DNA from: Lama guanicoe
Taxonomy: Eukaryota
DNA: 64,000 nt
Direction of reading: 5' to 3'
Assembly (NCBI GenBank): GCA_013239625.1
Contig: MU054187.1
Coordinates: 21,145,280 to 21,209,279 of the forward strand
Part shown: positions 39,011 through 51,669 of the stretch, in pieces
Layout of the letters: every line of letters begins with the position of its first letter
Position numbering within the stretch: position 1 is the first letter of the stretch
Made by a program: the position numbers and the translations under genes
Notes under the pieces: model-generated
The model's database searches: none
The model's input: the letters and a program-made list of their open reading frames with translations, nothing else
What the model was told of the DNA's origin: nothing

Positions 39011-40649
39011 TTGGTAAGGAGACATCAAACAGGCGAAGAGGATGGATGATGGCTCTCGTATGAAGAGAGAAAAACTAAATTCACAGAGTTGGTACTTTCA
39101 AGGATCTGGAATAACTAAACGGAAAGTGGAAGGTGGGATTTTTACAAGGATTAGTTTTTACATGTTCCGAATGTTTTATGACAAAATTACTCTTATCTTT
39201 GTATGGACAACCTGTGAATCGGTGAGTCCGGTTTTGCTGAAGATCATCAAAAACTGGGGTGAACAGTTTCCTAATTTCCTGGTGCATCAGTTGTAGTGTG
39301 CACTTTTCCAGACTTAATAGAGACCGTTCACTCTCAAATGCATTTTGGTTTGGATGATACACTTTATAGTCAGTCTATCTAAAATGAGAGCCAATAATGT
39401 TTATTCAATTCTTCAACCAAGTTTCAGAAAAAGGAATTCTTGTGAATGCATTCCCTAGGAAAACACAGATTTCTTAGATGCTTTATATAATTTCTTGCTA
39501 TAGAGCAATAAGCTACCAAACAACCAGCCAACACCTAACCTTCCTTCCCTTTCTTCCTTTTCTCACTTCAAAGTGCTACTGTCTATGCTATGGCCAGTGG
39601 TGAAAGAGAAAGAGGAAGAACAATGGATTTGAGGAGGTTTCAGGAGAGCATAGGAGAAGCTGTAACATGTGCACCGATTAGGAGAGGAGAAACCATAGTT
39701 TTAGAAGCATTACTGGAGACTAGTGTCTCCAGTATTCCAAAAATATGAACCCAAAAGTCTGTTCTAGATTCTTCATGCCCAAAGCAAGAACTATTTTGAC
39801 AAGGCAGGATCATTTTCAGAGGGTAGATGTTTAAAGTCCGAATTAGCATCCACAGTATTCAGTCAATGGAAGAAAAATGCTTGGAATAACCTTCTGTAAA
39901 CCATGGACTATTTTCTTCGATAGTGACACCTCTTTTCCTTTGGGCTGCAACAAAATTCAAGGGGTTGACACAATATTGTAATATCAGATGGAGACGCAGC
40001 CCTCCAGTGTCTTTTTTTCTTCCTAAAATGGACTGACTTGGTCATGGTCCTCATTGCTGGGACCATAGTCGTTTTTCTTACTCTCACTCCTTGGTATGAG
40101 GTTGTCAACCTCAGATGTCACATTGGGAAATGCATATGGGTTCCCTCCATGCCAGATTCCCCACACATGCATCTTAATGTTATCTCAGGAAAGAGGTACC
40201 AGGCATGCCAAAGGGCCCACAGCAGAGACATCCTTCATGCTGATATTTATCACGCTCACCTCTCAAATTCTCTCCTCACCACTGTTCCAGAGAACCCATA
40301 GTATCTCTCAATTGGGAAAATACTAAAATCCTAGCCAAGTTATTTTTAAAATTCTGTTGCTTGTCTTAGATCATCAGTTTTTGGGACCAAAAGCCAAGAA
40401 TTTTGCTTTTCTATTCTGTTCCCCCTGTTTTTGGAGTAAAAGCATCTTCTTGAAGACGTACGAGTCTTTCTCCCTCTAGGTGGCTGAACAGAGGATGATC
40501 ACACAGCTTAAAGGAAATATGGGAATAGAAATTCATCTTGTAATGGGTCATCTGGTCTTCCTGGCACATAGTAATTGCTGACCTCTTTATATGCTGATTA
40601 AAGTCCCCAAGTACTCACACTGGGCAAGATCTGATATAGGCATCCTCAT

Positions 40650-40900
40650 GCCATGTGGTGGTTAAAAATACAGATTCTAGAGTCAGATGGTTGGATTTGA
40701 ATTCCAACTCTGTTATTTACTGATTGGGGGACTTGGCGTACATTATTTAACCTCAGTGTATATCTGTTTCCTCATCTATAAAATGAAGGTAATAATAAAG
40801 ACTTCTTATATGCTTCTATTGAGAATAAAATGATGTAATTCATAAGAACGCATAGCACAGTCCTTGGCATATATTAGGCACCCAATAAATGTTAGCTGAT
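40650..40900 (+). mobile_element. MIR (near full length)
   Basis: gtggttaaaaatacagattctagagtcaga...tttgaattccaactctg...tgtttcctcatctataaaatgaaggtaataata...gcacccaataaatgttagct. Confidence 0.85.
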
Positions 40901-41029
40901 TTTATAAACATTTAATGGCACCTTAATTTGCATGCTATCTGGAACTGCTGGTATCTGATTAGAAGTAGTTTAGCAGAAGAGAAAATTCTGACCCCAAACT
41001 CCCTTTGTGCCATAGAAATGAGTCATTCT

Positions 41030-41880
41030 CTTGCTAGAATGCAGTTCAAAGTCTCCAAACTCCAAATGTGGTACTTAACTAAAACCTATGTTCACTTGAA
41101 TATAAGTGGAGCCCTGAATTTAGTCTTCTAGTTTTAATGTAATTCCATTAGGATCCTGAAATTCAGTACACTTAGCATCTTTCTGTCTTCTTCCCAAAAC
41201 CCACCTCTTGCTTCTTTTCTTCTCCTTACCTCTCTCGGTGCTAACATCCTTGATAGCTTTTTCCCATTTTTATCACCTGGAATCTCCTTTAAATCTTAAG
41301 TGGGCCTCTCCTGCATTGTCTTCATGCCTTCCTAACAATCTCCAGCACTCTCTTGTGCCAAGCACAACCTGGTTCTCTCCTGAATGCATCATTTCCTCTG
41401 CAGCTGTCACTGGTGGCCGCCATGCTTTCTCTCCAGCTCCATATATGGGAAAGGTGCATCGCAGCATAGAGGTGTTGTGAGCATCTCAGTCCCCGTGGCT
41501 GCTTTCCAGGGTTTTGTTGTTGTCCAGCCCCTCCTTCTCTGTGGCTGGTACCTTCCAGCCATGTGATGTTTTATTTCTTGCGATCCTCTTGTAGCTTCAT
41601 GGAGGACTTTGCTTCGTGGCTCATCTTCCTGCTCACCATAATTTATGCCATTCCTCCAGCACCTTAGGCTTCCTCGACCTCTTTGATATCAGTGTCCATG
41701 AGCTCCATTCTCCTTTAGCAAACCTGCTCTTTGGCATCCCTTCTGGTTTTGCTTCCACTGTTCTGCCTAGAACTCTCTGTCCCTGCAGCCTTTTCAACTC
41801 CTTTATCCCCTTCTACACCTGTACCATCATCCTTCCTACCTGCCTTAAGCTAATAGACTTACTCGTCTAGTCCTATACAA
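41030..41880 (+). mobile_element. L2 remnants
   Basis: Pyrimidine-rich decayed block containing ctccaaactccaaatgtg, cctccagcaccttaggcttcct and ccactgttctgcctagaactctct. Confidence 0.5.
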
Positions 41881-42661
41881 AAGTGCCTGTTAGAACTCCT
41901 AATACAAATTATGATCTTATCTTTTACCTGTTCTTCAATAACTTCTTGTCTAATTTTGCAAAACAGTAGTTCTAAATATTTCTCTCCAGCTAATCATCAA
42001 ACTCGATCTCCACTGGAAACTTGATCAGATCAACAGTGGGATACAATTGTAGCATCTGTTGTTAGGAAGCAAGGGGTGTGTGTGTCTGTGTGTACGCGTG
42101 CTTGTGTGTGGTGCTTAGAGAGTAACAACTTGAGGTAACACGTAAATATGGGGGTTTGGTCACTACCATTGCAACATCTGTGCAGCATGACTTGGGACAT
42201 TGATTCTGGGAAATTAGGTATACGTATAAAGTATAGTTTATGTATATATGTATAAAGTATATGTATAAGAGTAAAATATACATAAAGAAATCCAGGATAA
42301 CGGTACATCCTTTTACTTATCTTTGGCTGAAAATCTCTCTAAATATCTTCTTGATCTGAGATCCAGGGCCACTTGACTAATTTTGAAGGCCTGTTTACTA
42401 AGATAAAAAGCAAAGAGGGATTTCGCTTCAGTTATTCAAAATGGAAAAGAGCAGGTGTGTAGGTGGGCGAAGACTTGAGTGTTAAGGGCATTCTAACAGA
42501 ATGGTATATCCCCTTATTTACCTCGGCTATTGGAATAGCCCATCAACCAGAATTCCAGCTTTCTTCCTCAGCCCCTCCAGTCTTTTCTCCTCACTGACTC
42601 CAGAGTCTTCTTTATATGAAGAAAGCAGATAATGTCATTTTTTCTATTGTACTTTATCTAG

Positions 42662-42838
42662 GAGTGGCTCTCAAATTTAACCTTCTGTAGAAGCATCTGG
42701 GGAATCTGGTAAAATGATGATTTCTGGACTGAATCCCACAGACAGATTCTGAGCTTACCCAGTAATCTGCATTTTAATTAAACATTCTGTGTTTCTTTAT
42801 AGCTACTGCTCCAAAAATCACATTTTGAAAGAACATTG
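42662..42838. mobile_element. MER5-family hAT relic
   Basis: agtggctctcaaattt...catctggggaatctggtaaaatg...gattctga...aatctgcattttaa...cacattttgaaagaacattg. Confidence 0.65.
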
Positions 42839-45019
42839 ATCTACATAATGATGTCCAAACAAATTTACATGAAACAGAAGACCTTTCAAAGTCCATTCTT
42901 TACTGTCATTTTCTGCTGTCTGCCCTTAAGTATTCTGTGCTCATTTATTTTTTGTCTTCTCGTGTTCTCTCTTCATTCTGTATATCTATGTATTGTGTAT
43001 GTAGATGTATATATACATGTATGCGTGTGCTATATATACATACATACATATATATAAAATATAGCAATCTACTTTTTTCTTATTGGAATTATTTTTAAAA
43101 TGAAGTGTTCTGTAGAATGTATCAACTCAATTTATTAATTATAATTTCCTTTTTAAAAATATATATTTTTATTTCTCAAAGCTAATGTTAGATTAAAAAC
43201 CATTCAGGTGGTCCAATGACCATTGCTCATAAGGGCTTTTGACTTCATACTCATAAAATTTCCATCACTTTTAAGAATCCCACATATATCTTGGCTTCAT
43301 TCAAACGTGGGTTGTGAAAAATTGGTTTCAGTTCAGATCTAGAGTTTAATGACTTACATTCTTTCATCTTTCTTAGAGTATAGCTTGTCAGAAATGGCTG
43401 ATGGTTAAACAAAATCTTAAACACAGAGTTCTCATTCTAAATGGATATAGTGGGCCTTAATCTAATTAAAGATTTCTCTCTTTCCTTGACCCTCTGTCAG
43501 TTTTGTCTATTGCTTCCAGAAATTGTTAGGAATTTTGCTATAATATCTCTATCAATTTCTATCCTTTTTGAATTTAATTTTAATTTAATTTGAAGAGATG
43601 CACACATACAATGTATTCATGAGATGAATAAACTCAGATAACAGACACAACTGGAAAGTCACTTGTGACAATTACCACAGGACCCTCTGCTTGAAATCTC
43701 CAGATTTATCTGACACACTAGAAATTCAGTGTGAAATAAATTAAGTGTTAGTTATGTCTACTAAAGCATCACGATGTATATAATTCATAAACCACTTTTA
43801 ACGTAAAACAGACAAAACTATTTTAAGGGGGAAATTGCGTATTGTTCAATTTTTCTTCTTTGATATCTTTTCTTGTATTTATTTTTACATGAAAGATTTA
43901 TAGTGTTTTTTTTTAAATTTCATTTGTTTTAATGTAATTTATGGCCACTTTTCCTTATCCAAAGAAAGCCAAGCAAAGAGAAACAAAACCAAAACCCTTT
44001 ATGATGCGAAAGCGCAGGGTGCCTGAGTGAGAGGTGTAAAGAAGGAGCAGGATGCAGCCTGTTCTATGGCTTAATGCTCCGGGCTTACAAAAGCGTGGTG
44101 TTGGAATGGTAATTGGATTTCTGAGCATTGCTTGTGAGAATAGACTGCTTAAATCATTGAAAAGGAAATCATTGCAGAAAAGAAGCAGTGAAGAATTGCA
44201 CAGGCCGTTTGAGTACTTACAAAATAAGAATAACACAGGAACAATGAAGAACTGGTTTAGTGCTGTTGAGATTTGACATCTTTAAAAACGATATTGTAAC
44301 TGCGTTTTGATCTTTATTCCTTTGTTGAATAGAGTCCCAATGTATTTTGGACCAATATCTAAATGAGAACTGAAATAAATGAGACCTTTTGAATGCTTTG
44401 AGAGAAGAAAAAAACACAACATTTTCCCACAGGGCTACATTATACTTCTGTATGAAAAACAGAGGTGGACAGGTATGCATCTCTATTTTTAGTTTGTTTC
44501 ACATGTTTACCACTGAGGTTACTCGAATTGCCATTCTTAAAATGTTAGATGATTCCTGGGTCCCCGAACTTTCATGTAAATAGAATGCCTGTCACAGAGG
44601 AAGGCTTTACAAATTATTTTGATGTGCCAGAGAAGGCTCAGGCATTGGAGGTAGGGGAAAGTCTGAGCATCAGCCTCTTAAAATCTCTAATTAAATTTTC
44701 CATCAGCAGTTCTAAGTGAAACATGGCAGTAACTAGGCAAATAGAGCTTAAGACATGTCCCGTAGCCCCTTTTCCCACAACACCGCTCACTATCCTTGGA
44801 CATGGCATGGACATGGGCATAACTCTTAACCTTCAGGTAACTTGCATGTGTTGCTTCTACCCCAGATTTTAGCATTTTGCTCTAAAAGAAGCAGGAGGAA
44901 ACAACAAAAGATAGAGCACAGATTTTTTATGAGAGTTGGCTAAACAAATTATCCCATTTTTCATGAAGATGAGACAACTTAGATTTTTCACTTATCCTTG
45001 TTAAATTTACTGCAGTAGG

Positions 45020-45220
45020 AACATTTGTTGAGCACGTACTCTGTGCTAGACAATCTGCTAGTTACCTTAATGGTATATATATTAAATGTATTTTTCACAA
45101 TAATTTTTTCTTCATTTTACAGTGAGAGAATGGAAAACCCAGATAGGGATAAAATTTTCTCCAGGACATAGCTAGGATTTTAGTGCAGTTCTACCAGCCT
45201 CAAAAGCATTTCTTTCCCTC
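45020..45220 (-). mobile_element. MIR
   Basis: aacatttgttgagcacgtactctgtgctagac...ttcattttacagtgagagaatggaaaacccaga. Confidence 0.65.
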
Positions 45221-45419
45221 TATCATAGTGGCATATATATGAAGCATTAGTTATATTTGAAGACAGCTTGGTCTTTGGGGAATATACATTGCTTTTTTTG
45301 CAGAGTCTTTTTATTTCTATACTCTGTTTTTAAGTTCAAATGCAAATGTCCTCTTCTTTTTGTTCAAAGCATGGAAAGAAAGTCACAAAAAGGTAATACG
45401 CAGAGACTAGAAAAGCATT

Positions 45420-45920
45420 TTTTTTATTGAAGTATATAGTCACTTTACAATGTTGTGTCAATCAATAAGGCAAAAGAGGTACTAAATGACACAATAGAAC
45501 AGTTGGACTTGGTTGATATTTTTAGGACATTACATCCCCCCAAAACAGAATATATGTTCTTTTCAAGTGTGCGTGGAACATTCTCTAGGATAGACCACAT
45601 ACTCAGGCACAAAAGAAGCCTCAAGAAATTTAAGAGGATAGAAATTATTTCAAGCATCTATTCTGAATACAGTGTCATGAAACTAGAAATCAGCCACAGA
45701 AAAGCAAATGAGAAAAAAAACAACTGCATGGAGACTAAACAACATGCTACTAAAAAACCAACAGGTCAACGATGAAATCAAAAAGAAATTAAAAAATACT
45801 TTCAGACAAATGACAGTGACAGCACAACCACACAAAGTCTATAGAATGCAGCAAAAGCAGTCCTAACAGGGAAGTTCATAGCAATACAGGCCTTCTGCAG
45901 AAAACAAGAACAATCTCAAG
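45420..45920 (-). mobile_element. 5'-inverted L1: ~40-nt 3' terminus (minus strand) plus ~460-bp ORF2 endonuclease fragment (plus strand)
   Basis: TSD tagaaaagcatt at 45408-45419 and 45921-45932. The plus-strand ORF gives INKAKEVLNDTIEQLDLVDIFRTLHP...FFSSVRGTFSRIDHIL, the L1 EN domain. Confidence 0.9.
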
Positions 45921-46594
45921 TAGAAAAGCATTCTTATTCTCCCCAAAACCAAGCTTCATAGAGACAGTAAGAACCACTGTGAGGATGCCAGTGAGTGTCA
46001 GTGGCTTACTCTCATAGGAAATTCAAAATTATATTCATGGGAGGGGTTTTAGGAAGGAAATTTTAGAAATTAGGAGCTTCATGTTTTATCAGTGAACTGT
46101 CATTGCAGGTCAGGGTTTACGTGCATAAATAACAAGCATTAGAAAGTTCTCCACTTGAAGCAAACATCCAAATACAATTTTCTCTCTTTCCCAAAGAATC
46201 TGTGTGTGCTTTTTTATTTATCAAAAAATATTCTGAGGGTATAAAATCAAAATAATGTTATAAAAATTAGGTAAAGTTATGTGATTATGTAAAAAAAAGC
46301 CATGTTATTTATAAAATTGTAAAGCATTATGCAGAGCATGATACAAATGTACTTTTTAAAATAAAATTATGAGTAACTAGTTTTGAATTTTTAATAGCAT
46401 GAGCATTTTTTAAAATAATAAATCCTGACTAGATAGATTCAGAATATAAGTAAAAATGTATAAATTGCTTACTAACTTTCAAAGCAGATTATGACAATGA
46501 GGAAAATGTTTCTCTAAAATGTTGCTTTGATAACTGGGATTAATTTCACTTACTTCTCACTGTCTACTGAGATGGGACAGCACCTCCCACACTA

Positions 46595-46990
46595 TGGAAG
46601 CAGCATGTAATAGCAGACAGTGTTTGAGCTCCAGAGTCATGTAGCTGGATTTTATATTGTCACATTTACTTCCTGTGTGATGCTGGGCTTGTCAGTTAAC
46701 CTCCCTGAGCACAAGGCATTAATATTCATTTCATAAAAATTACGAGGAGTATTAATCAGCCACTGTAGGCATGTAGCAATGGTAGCTAGCATTCTAAGTA
46801 CTTAACATCATGTCCACAGTCTTCTCATCTTTACAGGCATCATGATATTTACCCTCACAACAGCCTTGTAAAACAAAGTATGTCTGTCTGGCCACCTCCC
46901 TTTACATATGAGGAAATGCATGGGCAGATAGGGTGGTACACAGTGGACGAGTGTCAGAATCAGCATTGGAAGCCAAACATTTTGACTTCA
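46595..46990. mobile_element. Two adjacent MIR fragments (plus, then minus)
   Basis: gagctccagagtca...tttacttcctgtgtgatgctgggc...ttaacctccctgagc, followed by ccctcacaacagccttgtaa...tttacatatgaggaaatgca. Confidence 0.6.
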
Positions 46991-47093
46991 CAAATCAAAG
47001 TAATAAGGACATGATCAATACAGTATGCTGACTCCTACAGCACACTAAATTTCTTTAAAAAATATCTCTTATCTATCTACTATCCATCTGTTT

Positions 47094-47555
47094 AGTTATG
47101 TGTTGAATTATGTACCCCCAAATGGTACATTGAAGTTCAGTTAGGTTACCCAGTATATCAGATTGTGACCTTATTAGAAAAATGGGTCACGGCAGATGTG
47201 ATTGCTTGAGATGAGGTCATACTGGAGTAGCAGTGATGCCTAATCCGATGTGACTGGTATCCTTGTAAGAAGAGGGTGTGAATATGCAAAGGAAAATGCC
47301 ATGTGAAGATGGAGACAGAGATAGAGTTATGAAAGCTGCAAATAAAGGAACAGCGAGGACTGTGGGCCACTACCAGAAGCCAAAAGACACAAATAAGGAT
47401 GCTACCCAGAGTGTCAGAGGGAAAATGGCTCTGCTGACATACTGATTTTGGACCTCCAGCCTCCAGAACTGAGAGACAGTAAATTTCTGTTGTTTTAAAT
47501 CATCTAGATTGTTAGTTTGTGGTCTTTTTTATGGGACCCCTAGGTAACTAATATA
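47094..47555 (+). mobile_element. MLT1B/C-like MaLR solo LTR
   Basis: gttgaattatgtaccccca...gtgaccttatt...gcagatgtgatt...gatgaggtcatactggagtag...ttttggacctccagcctccagaactgagagacagtaaatttctgttgttttaa. Confidence 0.85.
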
Positions 47556-47565
47556 GAATATTTGT

Positions 47566-47657
47566 TATATATATATATGTGTGTGTGTGTACATGTGTGT
47601 GTATGTATGTGTGTGTATATATATGTGTTTCTGTGTGTGTATAAATATATATATATA
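47566..47657. repeat. Compound (TA)/(TG) microsatellite
   Basis: Seen directly. Confidence 0.85.
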
Positions 47658-48265
47658 AAATTGTGAGCAATGTGCCAAGAATGATAATCACTCAATAAAT
47701 GTTTATCTCTTTCTTTTTGTAGGTTTATAGCATAGGAATCTGTGCTTATGAAAATCTTGTTAGGAAAAACCTCTTCTCATGTATCATTTTCTAAAATTAG
47801 AAATCTATAAAACCTGGGAACTCGTGAACACTCCTTTGGGAGACAGATACATCTATCTCTGTGGATGCAGGTGTTTCTTTTCCCATCAGCCTAGTAGCAG
47901 ATGTACCCAGAACTTGCCATTCATAATTCCTCCAGCGCTTAAAATTAATGGCACTCGGGTGGGCACTTAGGTCTATGCTCTTGTGTAGTATGTATTTTTA
48001 TTCCATGTATTTTACTTTCTTTCTGTATTTAGGTTATAAATTCTTAGAGGGCAGGGATTATAGTTTGTGCTTTGGTAAAATGCATTAACACCTAAAAGAG
48101 AATGAGGTTAATACACTGAGTGTAATAGATTTTTTAAGAAAATGTTAGACCATAACAAGAGCTAATTTTTCAGTCCGTGATATTCACATGAGGCATTTGT
48201 ATATGGGCACCGCCAAGGTTCAGCTTAATGGTGCCTTGTGTGCTCAAGGAGAGCGTTGCAGGGGG

Positions 48266-48650
48266 ATACGTTAGTGTGCTGGGGCTGCCGTAGCCAAGTG
48301 CCGCAGACGGGGTGGCTTCAAACCACAGAAATGCATTGCCTCAATGTTTGGGATGCTACTTGGAGACCAGTATGTCAGCAGGGTTGGTTTCTTCTGAGGC
48401 CTCTCTCCTTGGCTTACGGGTAGCCATCTTCTCTTGTGTCTTTACAAGCCCTTCCTCTGCGTGTCTGGGTCCTAAATTCCTCTCCCTACAGTGACACCAA
48501 TCATACTGGATTAAGGCCCACTTTAATGACCTCACGATAACTTAATTACCCCTTAAAAGACCTTATTTTCAAATACAGTCACACTTTGAAGTGCTGGGTG
48601 TTAAGGCTTTAACACATGAATTTTAGAGGGACACACTTCAGCCCAAGGCA
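48266..48650 (-). mobile_element. MLT1A-like MaLR solo LTR
   Basis: ggggctgccgtagccaagtgccgcagacggggtggcttc...gtcagcagggttggtttcttctgaggcctctctccttggctt...caaatacagtcacac...gggacacacttcagccca. Confidence 0.85.
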
Positions 48651-48764
48651 TGAAACAGGTTGTGTCTACACAGATTATTAGCTGGGGACCTACCTAGCCA
48701 GAAAGCCCTGGGAAATATTTGAATATAGAATTGATATGTATCATTAATACTTGTCTTTAAAAGT

Positions 48765-48900
48765 GGGGGGTGGGGTATATCTCAGTGGTAGAGCGCATGC
48801 TTATCATGCACAAGGTCCTGGGTTCAATCCCTGGTAGCTCCATTAAAAATAAATTAATAAATACAAATTTCATACCATTTCAAGAAAAATCAAAATATAT
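48765..48900 (+). mobile_element. tRNA-Ala-derived SINE (vic-1-like)
   Basis: ggggtatatctcagtggtagagcgcatgcttatcatgcacaaggtcctgggttcaatccctggtagctcca followed by an A-rich tail. The 3' boundary is uncertain. Confidence 0.85.
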
Positions 48901-51168
48901 GAGTAATATAACTGTTTTTCAACCTGGTCATTTTCTTGACGTAAGAAAAAAATATGTATGTTTGATTTATTTGAGAAATTTGAGATTTTATTTTTGTTGA
49001 TATTTATTTTGTTGAAATACCTAATTAACCTGGCAATATATGCTTTGATTCCAGTATAGTATTTTTCTATTATTTCAAGTAATAATATCTAAAAAGTAAT
49101 GAATGGGAAAGGATAAACTAATATTCTGAAGACACTAATAGGACTATTCTAAAAATATGACATGAACTCTTCAATTGCCCTAATTGGATTTTAGATGGAA
49201 TGAAAATGCATTAGTCTCTTCCAGGATGCACTGTCTCAATTTGAGAAACTTTAAAGAGTTGGAAAAACAGCTAGTGTGGAGAAAAAAAAAATAGAAAGCT
49301 TTTACATTCTTTGACGTGTAGGATTCTGTGATTCTAGGAATCTGTGATTATTTCTCTCTGTACTATAGCTTACAGCCCACACAGATATGAGAATATATAG
49401 CTTTATGTAACTCAGATTTATTTTTGTATGTGAGAAGGGGATGTGACTCTCTTTTCTAAAAAACTTCTAGTGTAGACATAACATTATCACTCTGTTATTG
49501 GTAGAGATGTTACAAATCTTGGATGAAAATTTTTTCCCCAAGTGAAAAATTATGATGCTGAGTGTACTGTTTCGCAGAAGACATTGCCTGAAAAGAAGAA
49601 TTTTAAGGAATCATTTGTAGTTTTTAGAGTTTTCACAGAAAATAGGAGAAGACTCTCTTATTCAGAAGGGACTTTTTCATTGACTCCAGATACATACATT
49701 AATATAACTGAATTAGGCCTGTGCTTTATTAGATTTTGTCATTTTTATCTCAACGTATTACAGGTCCTACAATTTCCTTGTTCCCGAGGGACCAGGCCTT
49801 CAGAGCAATCGCTCCCACACTCACCAGAGACTGAGGCCAGCCTGTTGCCCTCACTTGGTTCAAGAACTGGCCTTTTCTTTCACTCCTGCACACTAGGCAT
49901 TGCACTGTGTTTTAAGGTCAGGATCTAGTCTTCCTGGCTCTCTCCCGGCATAGTGTCCCCCAGACTCTCTCCCTTAGGGCTGTCCTTCTGATGGAGAAGC
50001 AGGGCTGGATGGGGAGGATGCTTCCTTTTCTGGAAGCACTTCTGTGGTGGACTCACAGTGTCCTTCCAGCAGTCATGGGAGTCATTTTATACTCCAGCCT
50101 GCTCCCTTTTCTGTGATGTGCTCTCCCCACTGCCTTTTAGGGATGTCTTTATGTTACAGGACTTAGGGGATGTGTCTAGAGGTGGCCAACTTGGTTAAAT
50201 GAGAATTTCCAGCCTAGATATATGTGACACAAGCATTCACACGCTGATGTTAGACTTAATGTGCCCTTTGATGTAAACTTTGTTTTAGATTTTTGAGGGG
50301 TTCTTGTGTAGGAATAGCTACTTGTGTCATCTGTAGTTCTGTTCTCAGGATTTTTCCTTCTGCATCGTGGAGACCAGATGAATTGTGATAGATATTTTGT
50401 TGTTTTTCATACATGTGTGATTTTATTTTGATCGTAGTTCCCATTTGATTTCTGTTCTTGATTTTACTAATTAAAACCCAGATGACTGTACAAGCATTTT
50501 CTTCAGCCAGATTTAATAACGTGTCAGATTCTTACGGTCACACTTAAGATAAATGTGTTTGAAAATGTGTTAATATTTGGATTTTCTTGCAATTAAAAAA
50601 ATCAGTTGATTGGCTCTGCTTGAAAATCCTACAATCACACATAGAGGTAATCTTCACTGTTTAGCATCAGTTTGAAACTTCTTAAAGTAACATCATGCAT
50701 AACAAGTATAATCATACTTACTTTCAGAAACAAATTTTAAACCAGTACAGTATATAATAGAATGACTATTAACTCATAATATCTCCAAGTTATGTTATTT
50801 TATGTTGCTAAATCATTATAATTAAGGCAAAATGTAGAAATGTACTTATGAAATTTTATGAGAGACAAAATGCTTATTGTGGTGTTTCATATATAAGTGA
50901 CTTTAGATATTGGAGTTTTAGGTAGACAGTAATTTGGAGTCTTTGGTTGACCAACACTTGTGATATGTATTTTCATGACTTTGCTTACATACTTTCAAGG
51001 ACTGAAAAAGGTATGTATTTGTTAATGGTAAAAGGGATCTAATGACATCTAAAATTTTCACATAGCCCTAATTATGAGAGAGACAGAGAGTACAATGATT
51101 AAAAGTTAAAATCCTGAGTTCAAATTCTGTTGTTTTTTTTTTTAATTCAGTGTTTTCTGCGAAGAGAT

Positions 51169-51557
51169 GTATCACATCTTTATCCAACCTGGAGATTATC
51201 ATACCAAGTGAAGTAAGACAAATATCATATTATGTCACTAAGTGTAGAATCTTAAAAAAAAAAAGATACAAATGAACTTATTTACAAAACAGAAACAGAC
51301 TCACAGACATAGAAAACAAACTTATGATTACCAAAGGGGAAGAGGGGCAGGTAGGGATAAATTGGGAATATGGGATTAACAGATGCACACTAATGTACCT
51401 AAAATGGATAAATAACAAAGACCTACTGTATAGCACAGGGAACTGTGTTCTATATTTTGTAACAAACTATAGTGGGAAATAATCAAAAAGAATATATTTA
51501 TAAACATATATGTGTAACTGAGTCACTTGGCTGTATTTCAATAAAAAAATGAGAAAA
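51169..51557 (+). mobile_element. L1 3' end with a short 5' inversion, inserted in a MIR
   Basis: aagtgaagtaag...gatacaaatgaacttatttacaaaacagaaacagactcacagacatagaaaacaaacttatg...ctactgtatagcacagggaact. TSD gaagagat at 51161-51168 and 51558-51565. The MIR halves continue on either side. Confidence 0.85.
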
Positions 51558-51669
51558 GAAGAGATAAAAATAATTTCTGCTTCATCTAGGATTATGTTGG
51601 AGGCACTGACTGAGATTAGTGGTACACGGTCAGCACTCAGGAAGACAGCTACTCTTATAATTTATCTGC

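Noticed and set aside
40097..40113. Palindrome tgaggttg-t-caacctca
   Set aside because: An 8-bp inverted repeat is expected by chance in a window this size.
44001..44026. C/D-box snoRNA (ATGATG...CTGA)
   Set aside because: The boxes are only about 16 nt apart and there is no terminal stem.
48770..48842. Functional tRNA-Ala gene (also 539-619 and 34896-34973)
   Set aside because: Stem and loop substitutions, A-rich tails and (for two copies) TSDs mark these as SINE or retroposed copies.
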